Assembly: GCA_021824625.1 (NCBI GenBank)
Contig: JAKAKE010000181.1
Coordinates: 5,209-69,208 of the forward strand
Direction of reading: 5' to 3'
Length of the DNA: 64,000 nucleotides
DNA from: Bacteroidota bacterium
Lineage (GTDB): Bacteria > Bacteroidota > Ignavibacteria > Kapaibacteriales > UBA2268
Of the stretch, positions 38,366 through 48,301 are shown one piece after another (position 1 is the stretch's first letter; the number at the start of each line of letters is the position of its first letter). A model generated the notes under the pieces. It saw only the letters and a program-made list of their open reading frames with translations, searched no databases and was not told the origin of the DNA. Both the position numbers and the translations under genes were made by a program.

Positions 38366-41300
38366 ATGATATTCAAACTACTCAAGCGATTTGCCTTGAT
38401 TTTACTGATGGCTTTTGCTCTAACGCAAACGTCATCGGCACAATTGCTGACCGACTTTATTTTTAGCTATTCTTATCCGGCATACGCTCCCGTCAGCGGG
38501 GGAGATGTGCTTTACCAAACGAACAGTGGCTATTGGTCGGGACAGTATCTTAGAAGTACAAACATCGGTTTCCCGTTTGTTTTCGACGGAGTAACTTATA
38601 CCCAAATGAATGTTTCGGATGCGGACTGGATCTCTTTCAGGCCTCCGTACAGTTATAATGGCCTATGGCAGACTCCATGGGATATAAACAGCATGAATGA
38701 CAGAAATCCCGCAATTTACTCTTATGGAGGATACAATTGCTTTGTTACTATGGATTCCTGGAACTTGTGTAATCCTGTTGGTGCAATGATTGTAGTTGTA
38801 TCCGGCAATTCACCCTATCGTGTTTGTACGGTTCAATGGACTAATGTTATGTTCAGATATGCTTGGTGGTATAACTGGCCCCCAACTGAGTGCTGGAACA
38901 TTCAAATCAAGCTATATGAAACAACAAATAAAGTTGAAATTCATTATGGCCCAAAGCAGTGGGGTAGTTACTTTTTTACTTCCTGCGTAGGTTTAGCAGG
39001 TCAAATTGGCTCAAACAGATATCAAAATGTTGACCCTAATTCGGGTGCAGGTACATTTTCTACACAGACAAACAATCCCGGAAGGTTCTTTAATACCTTG
39101 GCTGAATTCAATATGTTAACTGCCAACCTGAAATTCCAGTTTGCAAGGCCCGAAATTTCAAACGTTTATCCTGCAAATAATACAGGCTATCCGCGTAATG
39201 TCGTAATTCCTGCTCTGAATAATTTCGGTGTGAAGATTTCAAGGCCATCCGGAATGACTCATTATGTTCAATATGAAGTTACAGGGCCTAAGGAATCGAA
39301 TCCTTCCCAAATTGTTTACACTGCTTGGGATGCAGGCAGTCAGCCAAATATATATTTACCCAGCACAGTTCATACAGACCCGGGTGGAAATCCTGATTAC
39401 TTCTTTGTGAATGCTACAGGACCTATGGCTCAGAGTCCAGGTGTGAACGGCGACTTCTTTACTGGAGTTACCGCAGGTACTTTCAAAGCCACGGGCAGGA
39501 TGTATGAGCCTCCTCCGAGCAATTTGCTGCTTTCAACAAAACAATCTGAATTCAGTATTATTTATGATAATGATTTAGCTGTTATGAATATTATTACTCC
39601 TTTGAAGAAGGAAGAACAGCTATATCCTATTCAGGAAATACCATTGTCAATCAGGATTCAGAACAGGGGTATAAATGATATTATCGAAATGGCTGTTTCT
39701 GTTCAGATTTTCGACCACAACATGGTTAAAATATTCGAAATTATCGACAAACCTTATTCATTTACTACACCACTTCATTCGCTTGAATATAAAGTATTGG
39801 GAGATGTTGGCATATTCCCGGGAAGTGAAGCAGGTGATTACTACATAAGGGTAACGGTTAATTTAGTGGGCCCAACAGACCAGTTGCTTTCAAATAACGT
39901 TCTGCCGAGAACCGGTGATGAATGGAAGTTCAACCTTGCTCACGAAGTCGAACTCGAAGCCACTACGATTATTATGCCTTCGAACTATGACTTCTACTCA
40001 CCTCCAAACACCAGGCAATTGTATGTCAACAAACCATACAGGCCCGAAGGTTTGGTAACAAACTATGGAGTCAGCGATGTTATAGCCGGTGCAACAATGG
40101 ATATTTTTGACAGTCAAAATAATAGTGTTTATCATGACTCTGTCGAAATTTCGAATGCTCCGTCAGGTAAGTATAACACAACGATTGTACCTTTTGATGT
40201 TGACTGGATTCCCTTGGTGGCAGGTACATACAGGGTTGAATTTACTGTTTATCATAGGAACGACCCCGTCACCACAAATAACAAGAAAACCGATTATGTA
40301 ACGGTTATTGATGGTATGTGCGGTACATATACGATTGGAGCAGGCGGCAACTTCTCGACATTTGATGCGGCTGTGAATGCATTATTCGACAGAGGTGTCA
40401 GCTGCCCTGTTACATTCTATCTCACAGACACTTACTATACCGTAGGTGATAACTCAGCGCCAATTCCGGCTATTGATTTGAGTTCTAAAATTACCGGTTC
40501 CAGCGAGATTAATACTATTACATTCAAGCCATCGCCCATGAAATCTAATGAGCGAGGCGGTATTAATTCGGGTGTTACCGTTGAATTAAGGTCAGCAATG
40601 GGTGTGGGAGTTTTAATCGGACAAAATCATGTGCCGACAAGCACGAATGCTGCCGTGAATATGGTTCCTGCGAACTATAAGAAAATGTACAGTAATTCAA
40701 ACGGCTATATCAGTTTTGATGGCGGTTCAAATAAGAGCATCAGGTTTGTTGTTAACATGATGTTCCCGTTCCAATCGGCATTCTACCTCAGGCAGGGAAC
40801 TAACCATACATCAATTAAAAACTGTATATTCGAAAATGCTTCGCCCGTCAATTCCGGAAGATGCGAATTGCCAAGAACCTTGACTAACTATAAGTACGAA
40901 GAAGATTTCAACAATCTTGACAACAGGGCTTATTCAGCGGCAATTGTTATGAGAAGCAGGCCCTATTATGACTTTAACGGTGCAAATACATTTAACTTAG
41001 ATACATTGCCATGCGTTAACAATAAAATCATGAATAATGAAATAAGCGGTTATGGCATTGGCGTTGTTTCTCTCGGTGCTGGCATTCTTTGGGAATCCGG
41101 ACCGGCAAAGCACAGGAAATACTACAATGAAAACAATGAGATTTCAAACAATCTTATTTACAATGTTTCACGTGCAGGCATATTTGTTGGTTTTGAAATT
41201 AATTCAAAGATAACACATAACAGAATATACAATGTTCTTGGAACATGCAGCGATAATGCCGCAGGTATTATTGCCGGAGGTGATGACCCGCAGTCATTAT

Positions 41301-44257
41301 TATCCAATGCTTATGGATATAACAACATTAACTTGATAATCGGAGAAAACGAAATCAGCAATGTTGTTGGCACCACCAATGCCTCGTATAATTATCCACA
41401 GGTATATGGTATCAAGGTTCAGCAGAGCAGGGGTTCATATCCTCATCCTACGCTGAATAATGTTTACTTCCCGGACGTTGATGAGCATATGCTTATCAGA
41501 AACAACGTGGTTTGGGATTTAAAAGCAAGCAATGACAAAACAAGCAGGTATGGTATCAGGCTGTTCACAGAACGTATGCCTTTAGCCAATTTGCCGGTTT
41601 GGGATAACGGCTATTTCACCTTTACAGGCAGAGCTCAAGCCGAAACAACTGACCCGGTGTATTTCTCCCGCGGAGATATGATTTACAATAATACTGTCAT
41701 TATAGGCGACGATGCAGTAAGTTCACGCGGTGCAGTAATGGGTATTGCTTCTCAGCATGTCAAAAATGCTAAGATTTACAACAATGCTGTTGCAGTTCTC
41801 GATAATCTGCTCGATGCATCTTGCCCGGCTTCTGCCGCATTGTTCTATGAAGGTATTAAACCGGATTTACTTGATAATGTTTATTTATCTGACAAGAATG
41901 CTATCTGGGTACCTGCTTCTTCAGGTTCAAATGCATTCGGTTTCATCGAAACCAAAAATAGCGGTGTTGTAATTGACAATACTCCTGATGATTTAAGGCT
42001 CGATGCATACAAAACACTTAGGCAATGGTACTTCTGGGTAGGCCAGGATGTCAGTTCCGTATTTGAGAATTGGTTACCTGACTATAACTATCCTGTTTTG
42101 TTACCGAATGGTAATTTACGGATTAAATCCCCGGTTCCCGTTGGTTCGGTTTTGAACAATCGCGGTAACAGATTACCTGTTGAAGTTCCGATTGACATAG
42201 ACCAGGTAGGAAGAACATCAGGCCAGTTATATGATATTGGAGCAGATGAGTTTGACGGTACACTATGGTTAAGCGACATCGAACTTCTTATGATTTCTGC
42301 ACCCGGTGCATACAAGACAAACATTCCGCCTCTTGCAGGCTTTGGAGATGCAGAACATATTATGGGCGAGTCTCCAATTGATGTAAAAGTCAAGCTTCGC
42401 AATAATGGCAATAACCATCAATCAGGTGTTGATGTTAATTTAAAAATATATATTGAATCAAGTTCAGGCTTGTGGTTTGAAACACCAACCTATCTTGTAA
42501 TTGATACTACAATTAAGGTTAACATGCTTTCCGGAGTTACCCAGGAATTTTCATTTGGGTTAGCTAACGGCAGCGGTACGGAATTTAAACCTCAAACATA
42601 TTCCGAGCTTCCGACTTATCTGTATTATAACAGATTTGCCTCTATGCTTGGAAATATTACACCAAGATATAAGATTAAGATTCATGTTGGTGCTGACCAA
42701 AAGAATAACAATAACGACAAAGAAGTCGTTACAAGATTCTATTTGAAACAGTCCCATACATTGAATATGATTGTATCGGGCGAGAACAGCTACCATGATT
42801 TGTGGCTCGAAGATAATTTAGGCATCACAAGAATAGCTTCTGATGTTAACCCGTCTGCAACATTCACTGCCGAAGAGGTTGCCGGTTCGATGAACTATCA
42901 GTATCTGACCGGGGAATCCTCGGGAGTGACCGGGCAAACAGGACTTACCGGCATTGGCTGGTTTACAAATGTTTACCGTGATGACCCAACGACAAATACC
43001 TGGAAGATTGATGTTCTTGACCGCAGCGGTTGGGAACCCAAGACAGTTAATTACACGATGTACAGGCATTTGTTCTGGTCAGACGGCCTCGATAAACCTG
43101 TGGCAAGATATGAGAGAAAGAGTCTTGTTGACTTCTTGACAAAGCCCGTTTCTCATGATGCTAAGCAGAACTTGTTTATCGCAAGCCAGGAAATGGTACG
43201 TGAGTTAACGGGATATGGATTAGTTCCTCCTGCTAATGACCCAGCCAATCCAATAGATCCTGAATTTGTGTACACTTATTTAAGAGCACAAACTAATCTT
43301 GCACCTTGGAATGCTCCTGAATATATCTTATTTGACTATGTGAATACCATCCCTCCCATTTATGGAGTAAGAGGCATTAATGTTGGCAGAGACCTGGTTG
43401 AATTCATAACCAGTACTCATGGTATCTCCTTGTCATACTCTCAGGACCAAGACCCGATGCCCGGTGTGCTTTCATTATTCCCAAGCGGAGAAGGTTTAGC
43501 AAGAACTGCTTATCAATATTCATATAATGACCCTGCGCCGCCTCCGATGGCAATATATAACCGCGCGCCGTTCGGGGTTGGAACAACTACACTTGACAGA
43601 AATGTCATTGTATTGTGTGCTGACTGGAGACATTTTGGAAATACCGAAAGAGTTCTCCGTTCAATGCTTGACTTTGCAGAGAAGAACGGCGGAGCTATTA
43701 TTCCGGTTGAACTTCTGAGCTTCGACGCTCAGGCGAGAGCTAAGAATGTTGACGTTACATGGACAACTGCCAGTGAATATAGAACAGACAGGTTCGAAAT
43801 TGAAAGAGCTAACCTGACAGAAACCGGCAAGAGCCTGTTTAGCAGGATTGCCGACATTAAGGCTGCCGGTAACAGCTCTGAAGTTAAGAACTATGGATTT
43901 GTTGATTCAGATGTAGAATTTGGAAGTTCATACGTTTATCGTTTGAGAATGGTTGACCTTGACGGTAAGTCAGAGTTCAGTGGAGAAAAAATTGTTGAAA
44001 TAGCAGAGGATGGTATATGGCTCGGAGAAGCAATGCCAAATCCAGCTATCAATGAGGTTGTCTTCCAATATACAGGCAAACCGTCGAATCTTGAACTCGT
44101 TCTCTTTGATGTAAACGGTAAGAGTGTTGCACCAAAATTTGAATTGAGAACAAATGAGATTAAACTTGACCTTAATTTACTCACCAGCGGCAACTATACT
44201 TTAGTTGCTAAATCTGGTGATATGGTTATTAAGAGGCAGTTTACAGTAGTGAAATAA
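38366..44257 (+). CDS. Large T9SS-secreted surface protein (1963 aa; CARDB-like and beta-helix regions, type A CTD)
   Basis: RBS aggagg, signal peptide, DLAV..I..P / NN Ig motifs, GTYTIGAGGNF, N(N)xI repeats, DIGADEF, IIPVELLSFDA, C-terminal PNPA...SGNY..KRQFTVVK. Confidence 0.9.
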   Translation: MIFKLLKRFALILLMAFALTQTSSAQLLTDFIFSYSYPAYAPVSGGDVLYQTNSGYWSGQYLRSTNIGFPFVFDGVTYTQMNVSDADWISFRPPYSYNGLWQTPWDINSMNDRNPAIYSYGGYNCFVTMDSWNLCNPVGAMIVVVSGNSPYRVCTVQWTNVMFRYAWWYNWPPTECWNIQIKLYETTNKVEIHYGPKQWGSYFFTSCVGLAGQIGSNRYQNVDPNSGAGTFSTQTNNPGRFFNTLAEFNMLTANLKFQFARPEISNVYPANNTGYPRNVVIPALNNFGVKISRPSGMTHYVQYEVTGPKESNPSQIVYTAWDAGSQPNIYLPSTVHTDPGGNPDYFFVNATGPMAQSPGVNGDFFTGVTAGTFKATGRMYEPPPSNLLLSTKQSEFSIIYDNDLAVMNIITPLKKEEQLYPIQEIPLSIRIQNRGINDIIEMAVSVQIFDHNMVKIFEIIDKPYSFTTPLHSLEYKVLGDVGIFPGSEAGDYYIRVTVNLVGPTDQLLSNNVLPRTGDEWKFNLAHEVELEATTIIMPSNYDFYSPPNTRQLYVNKPYRPEGLVTNYGVSDVIAGATMDIFDSQNNSVYHDSVEISNAPSGKYNTTIVPFDVDWIPLVAGTYRVEFTVYHRNDPVTTNNKKTDYVTVIDGMCGTYTIGAGGNFSTFDAAVNALFDRGVSCPVTFYLTDTYYTVGDNSAPIPAIDLSSKITGSSEINTITFKPSPMKSNERGGINSGVTVELRSAMGVGVLIGQNHVPTSTNAAVNMVPANYKKMYSNSNGYISFDGGSNKSIRFVVNMMFPFQSAFYLRQGTNHTSIKNCIFENASPVNSGRCELPRTLTNYKYEEDFNNLDNRAYSAAIVMRSRPYYDFNGANTFNLDTLPCVNNKIMNNEISGYGIGVVSLGAGILWESGPAKHRKYYNENNEISNNLIYNVSRAGIFVGFEINSKITHNRIYNVLGTCSDNAAGIIAGGDDPQSLLSNAYGYNNINLIIGENEISNVVGTTNASYNYPQVYGIKVQQSRGSYPHPTLNNVYFPDVDEHMLIRNNVVWDLKASNDKTSRYGIRLFTERMPLANLPVWDNGYFTFTGRAQAETTDPVYFSRGDMIYNNTVIIGDDAVSSRGAVMGIASQHVKNAKIYNNAVAVLDNLLDASCPASAALFYEGIKPDLLDNVYLSDKNAIWVPASSGSNAFGFIETKNSGVVIDNTPDDLRLDAYKTLRQWYFWVGQDVSSVFENWLPDYNYPVLLPNGNLRIKSPVPVGSVLNNRGNRLPVEVPIDIDQVGRTSGQLYDIGADEFDGTLWLSDIELLMISAPGAYKTNIPPLAGFGDAEHIMGESPIDVKVKLRNNGNNHQSGVDVNLKIYIESSSGLWFETPTYLVIDTTIKVNMLSGVTQEFSFGLANGSGTEFKPQTYSELPTYLYYNRFASMLGNITPRYKIKIHVGADQKNNNNDKEVVTRFYLKQSHTLNMIVSGENSYHDLWLEDNLGITRIASDVNPSATFTAEEVAGSMNYQYLTGESSGVTGQTGLTGIGWFTNVYRDDPTTNTWKIDVLDRSGWEPKTVNYTMYRHLFWSDGLDKPVARYERKSLVDFLTKPVSHDAKQNLFIASQEMVRELTGYGLVPPANDPANPIDPEFVYTYLRAQTNLAPWNAPEYILFDYVNTIPPIYGVRGINVGRDLVEFITSTHGISLSYSQDQDPMPGVLSLFPSGEGLARTAYQYSYNDPAPPPMAIYNRAPFGVGTTTLDRNVIVLCADWRHFGNTERVLRSMLDFAEKNGGAIIPVELLSFDAQARAKNVDVTWTTASEYRTDRFEIERANLTETGKSLFSRIADIKAAGNSSEVKNYGFVDSDVEFGSSYVYRLRMVDLDGKSEFSGEKIVEIAEDGIWLGEAMPNPAINEVVFQYTGKPSNLELVLFDVNGKSVAPKFELRTNEIKLDLNLLTSGNYTLVAKSGDMVIKRQFTVVK

Positions 44258-44280
44258 AGCTTTTAGGCTTTAAACATATT

Positions 44281-44320
44281 ACAGCCCGTCAGGTAAAAAT
44301 CTGACGGGCTGTTTTTTTTT
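44281..44320 (+). terminator. Rho-independent terminator
   Basis: 12-bp stem acagcccgtcag/ctgacgggctgt plus T run. Confidence 0.92.
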
Positions 44321-44418
44321 GGTTTTTTTGTTGGTAAATTTTCAGGATTAATAAATTCAATACAATTCTAAACAACCGCCAAATTGAAGTTTGCTGCTAT
44401 TTCGGAAAAAAAATTGTT

Positions 44419-44859
44419 TTAGTCAATTGTTATTACTCTTTCGTTCTCATTATTTTTTTTAAATTTGATATTGACTGAATATGAATCGGGAGGAAGGATG
44501 CCAAAAGCTTTGTCTGCCCATTCGACGAGTTTAATTGAATCACTTGAAAATATTATTTCATCGAAACCAATCTCTATAAGTTCATTTGATTTTTTTATCC
44601 TGTACAGGTCAATATGCAGTATTGGGATTTCATTATTTTCCAACACACCTGCATATTGATTCATTATTGTGAACGTAGGGCTGTTAACAAGTTCATCAAC
44701 TTTAAAATAACTGCAGATTCCTTTTATAAATTCGGTTTTACCGGCACCTAAGTCACCGAATAAAGCGACAACATTTCCGGGTTTTAATTCTGCCGCAAAT
44801 CGAATACCCAAATCAAAAGTTTCCTGCTGACTCTTTGTCGTAAATTTTCCAAGTTTCAT
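44419..44859 (-). CDS. tsaE: tRNA threonylcarbamoyladenosine biosynthesis ATPase TsaE
   Basis: GDLGAGKT, VNSPTFTIMNQY, HIDLYRI, VEWAD. Confidence 0.97.
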   Translation of the reverse strand: MKLGKFTTKSQQETFDLGIRFAAELKPGNVVALFGDLGAGKTEFIKGICSYFKVDELVNSPTFTIMNQYAGVLENNEIPILHIDLYRIKKSNELIEIGFDEIIFSSDSIKLVEWADKAFGILPPDSYSVNIKFKKNNENERVITID

Positions 44860-44899
44860 AACCCAAATTAAAAACTTTTGGTATGATTTCTATAAAAAA

Positions 44900-46471
44900 T
44901 TATTTTTTTCTTAGGGTTATTACTGGAATAATCATTTCCTCCATAGATATGCCTCCATGCTGGAAACTGTCTTTATACCTTTGCAGATAGTGGTGATAAT
45001 CAGTCGGATAGACAAAATAGTAATCTTCTTTTGCTATTATATTATTGACGGTTATGCCTGAATTAGGTAGTTTATAATTAATTGGATTTCTAATTTGCAT
45101 TGCATGTCGTTGTTCGGCTTTTACATTTTTTCCAAATTTATACCTAAGGCAGGTTGAAGTATCTTTATCGCCAAGTACTTTTACACCCCGCATACACCTG
45201 ATCGAACCATGGTCGGTTGTAATTACAATATTTACATCCAAACCGGCTAATAATTTTAACATACCAAAAAAGCTGGAATGTTGGAACCATGATTTGGTTA
45301 ATGACCTATAAGCTGCCTCATCAGGTGCTATTTCCTTTAGTATGGCAAAGTCTGACCTTGAATGGGCAATCATATCAACAGAGTTAATTACAATAGCAGT
45401 AAGATGGCTTTTGGCATAATTGAGAATGTTGCCCTCTATTTTCTTTCCAAAATCGGTATCATGGATTTTGATATAATTAATTTGGTTATCCAATTTTATT
45501 TTTTTTCTTTTCAATTGCTCTTCGAGTAACTCTTTTTCATACGCATTTGCCTTATGGTCTTCCGAATTAGTTTCACCAACCCACCACTGAGGATAGTGCT
45601 TTTGAATGTCAGAGGGCATCAAACCTGCGAAAATGGCATTTCTTGCATACGGGGTTGCTGTTGGAATAATTGAATTAAAATAATCCTTTTGAAAAGTGTA
45701 ATATGGCTTTAATAGCTCTTCCATTACTAACCACTGGTCAAGTCTCATGCAATCAATAATAAAAAATACAGTGGGTTTTGAATTCTTTAATTGTGGAAAT
45801 AAATATTTCTCGACAATATCGGGTGATAAATCAGGGATGTTATCACTATATGTTTTGTTAACCCAGTCATAATAATTATCTTCTACGAATTTTGAAAAAG
45901 CAGAATTAGCTTCACGCCACTGGTCCTTCAGAGTCTGCTCAAAACCAAGTTCCGGGCTGTTATCCAGTTCCATTGACCATGAAACGAGTTTTATATATAT
46001 ATCCAGCCAATCGTTCCAATTGAGGTTATCGAAAAACCTTGTATTTAATTGATGAAATCCAATCAAATAATCATGGGAAAGTTTCTCGGACCGGATTTTA
46101 TGCGATTCAAGATGCTTTTTAATTGCGGCGAGGATTTGTGCAGGATTAACAGGTTTCGTAAGATAATCGTCAATCTTTTTCCCTATGGCTTCTTCCATTA
46201 CGCTTTCAGCTTCATTTTTAGTTACCATAACGATTGGGGTGTAGGGATTTGTTTCTTTGAGTATTGGCAAAGTATCAAGCCCGCTCATTCCAATCATTGA
46301 CTCGTCAAGGAAGATTAGGTCGTATCGTTTTTGTTTAACAAGTTCGACCGCATCTTCGCCGTTAGTTACCTGGTCAACAGAATACCCGCGCTGTTCGATT
46401 AGAATAATGTGTGGTTTCAATAAATCTATCTCATCGTCTATCCAAAGAATTTTTCCTTTAGAATTTTCCAT
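44900..46471 (-). CDS. porX: PorX-like response regulator with PglZ/alkaline-phosphatase domain
   Basis: ILWIDDEIDLLKPH receiver; PTATPYARNAIFAG; TTDHG; FQHGGISMEEM; adjacent to tsaE. Confidence 0.92.
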   Translation of the reverse strand: MENSKGKILWIDDEIDLLKPHIILIEQRGYSVDQVTNGEDAVELVKQKRYDLIFLDESMIGMSGLDTLPILKETNPYTPIVMVTKNEAESVMEEAIGKKIDDYLTKPVNPAQILAAIKKHLESHKIRSEKLSHDYLIGFHQLNTRFFDNLNWNDWLDIYIKLVSWSMELDNSPELGFEQTLKDQWREANSAFSKFVEDNYYDWVNKTYSDNIPDLSPDIVEKYLFPQLKNSKPTVFFIIDCMRLDQWLVMEELLKPYYTFQKDYFNSIIPTATPYARNAIFAGLMPSDIQKHYPQWWVGETNSEDHKANAYEKELLEEQLKRKKIKLDNQINYIKIHDTDFGKKIEGNILNYAKSHLTAIVINSVDMIAHSRSDFAILKEIAPDEAAYRSLTKSWFQHSSFFGMLKLLAGLDVNIVITTDHGSIRCMRGVKVLGDKDTSTCLRYKFGKNVKAEQRHAMQIRNPINYKLPNSGITVNNIIAKEDYYFVYPTDYHHYLQRYKDSFQHGGISMEEMIIPVITLRKK

Positions 46472-46689
46472 AAAATATCCCTATACGTTTATTTTAAAAT
46501 GACAAATTATATAAAAAAGTATAGATGAAGGTATAATCAGACCACGCATTATTAATAAAAATTTTAAGTGTAGAAGGAGTTTGAAACAAAATATTGTTTT
46601 TAATGCCTTTCCAATACAATTTTTCTTTTAAAATTTAGTTTAATACCTTACTTTTACTGATTATAATTAACAATATTAATAAATTTGAT

Positions 46690-47997
46690 ATGAACCTTCA
46701 AAAACTCACTTTGAAATCTCAGGAGGCTGTTCAGGCCGCCGGAGAGATTGCCGTTAGTTACAACAACCAGGCAATTGAGGAGTCTCACTTATTTGCTGCG
46801 ATGATTCAGGATGAGGGAGGTATTATTCCTGAAATATTAATGAAGCTTGGTACTAACATGGCTTATTTAAAGGTAAAGGTATTTGAGGAACTTGAAAAAC
46901 TTCCTAAAGTGAGTGGAAATACTAATCAATTTTTATCTCCATCATTAATGAAAATCCTTGATGAAGCCGAGAAGGAATCAAAAACCCTTAAAGATGAGTA
47001 TATAAGTACAGAACACATTCTTATTGCATTGTCAACGGTTAAATCACGTATTTCGCAATTGTTGAAAGACAATGGCGTTAACAAAGAAAATATATACAAA
47101 ATACTGCATGAAATAAGAGGTAGTCAAAGAGTAACAGACCAAAACCCGGAAGACAAATACCAGGCATTGAAACGTTATGGAAGACTTTTGAATGAAGAGG
47201 CAGAGCAAGGTAAGCTTGACCCTGTAATTGGAAGGGAAGATGAAATCAGGCGTGTTCTGCAGGTGCTTTCAAGAAGGACAAAGAACAATCCTATTTTGAT
47301 AGGTGAACCTGGTGTCGGTAAGACTGCAATAGTCGATGGAATTGCCCACAGGATTGTTACAGGGGATGTCCCTGATACATTAAAAACAAAGCAGGTTGTT
47401 ACGCTCGACCTTGGGGCATTAGTTGCAGGAACAAGCTTCAGAGGGCAGTTTGAGGAACGTTTAAAGGCTGTAATCAAAGAAGTAACCGATTCAGCAGGGC
47501 AGATAATCTTATTCATTGATGAAATTCATACACTGATTGGTGCCGGAGCCGCCACGGGAAGCATGGATGCGGCAAATATATTGAAGCCGGCTCTTTCACG
47601 GGGGGATTTACGCTGTATCGGTGCCACTACCATTGATGAATATCAGAAGTATATTGAAAAAGATGCCGCACTCGAAAGGCGTTTTCAAAAGGTTATGGTG
47701 GAAGAACCTACAATTGATGACACTATTTCAATTCTAAGAGGACTGAAAGAAAGATATGAAGTTCATCACGGTGTCAGGATTACAGACCCTGCTATTGTGG
47801 CTGCATCAGAACTGTCAACACGATACATTACAGATAGGTTTTTACCGGATAAGGCTATTGACCTGATTGACGAAGCCGCAAGTAAGCTAAGGATGGAGAT
47901 TGATTCCATGCCCGCCGAATTGGATTCGATTGAGAGGAAAATCCGTCAGCTTGAAATTGAAAAACAGGCTCTTCTGAGGGAAATCGGTAATAAATGA
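46690..47997 (+). CDS. clpB: ClpB N-terminal half only (NTD + NBD1 + start of M domain)
   Basis: [51 protein letters not shown]; stops at 435 aa with no NBD2. Confidence 0.9.
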   Translation: MNLQKLTLKSQEAVQAAGEIAVSYNNQAIEESHLFAAMIQDEGGIIPEILMKLGTNMAYLKVKVFEELEKLPKVSGNTNQFLSPSLMKILDEAEKESKTLKDEYISTEHILIALSTVKSRISQLLKDNGVNKENIYKILHEIRGSQRVTDQNPEDKYQALKRYGRLLNEEAEQGKLDPVIGREDEIRRVLQVLSRRTKNNPILIGEPGVGKTAIVDGIAHRIVTGDVPDTLKTKQVVTLDLGALVAGTSFRGQFEERLKAVIKEVTDSAGQIILFIDEIHTLIGAGAATGSMDAANILKPALSRGDLRCIGATTIDEYQKYIEKDAALERRFQKVMVEEPTIDDTISILRGLKERYEVHHGVRITDPAIVAASELSTRYITDRFLPDKAIDLIDEAASKLRMEIDSMPAELDSIERKIRQLEIEKQALLREIGNK

Positions 47998-48073
47998 ATA
48001 ATGAAAACTAAAATATGAGTGTTGAAATTATTATATTTGTTTGTTGTTAAAATTTATTATTCAAGGGTTTTAT

Positions 48074-48298
48074 ATGATAACACTCACTAAAATTGATAAT
48101 AGTCTTGTTACAGTTAATGCAGATGAAATAGAAATTGTTGAAACATTCCATGACACCACTGTCAGCCTCAAAAGTGGGAAGAAACTTATTGTACAGGAAT
48201 CTGCCGATGATATAATTGCAAAGGTCATATTTTACCGTCAGCTGTGTTTTTCAAATTATTTTAATGAACCCGATATAAAATCTACGGACAGTCTTTGA
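48074..48298 (+). CDS. flbD: FlbD/SwrD family protein
   Basis: MITLTKID...VNADEIEIVE..HDTTVSLKSGKKLIVQES.DDII.KVI.YR. Confidence 0.85.
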   Translation: MITLTKIDNSLVTVNADEIEIVETFHDTTVSLKSGKKLIVQESADDIIAKVIFYRQLCFSNYFNEPDIKSTDSL

Positions 48299-48301
48299 AA
48301 A

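Noticed and set aside
47995..48030. TGA readthrough, selenocysteine or frameshift continuing ClpB
   Set aside because: Downstream sequence gives no ClpB-like peptide in any frame and another stop follows within 7 codons.
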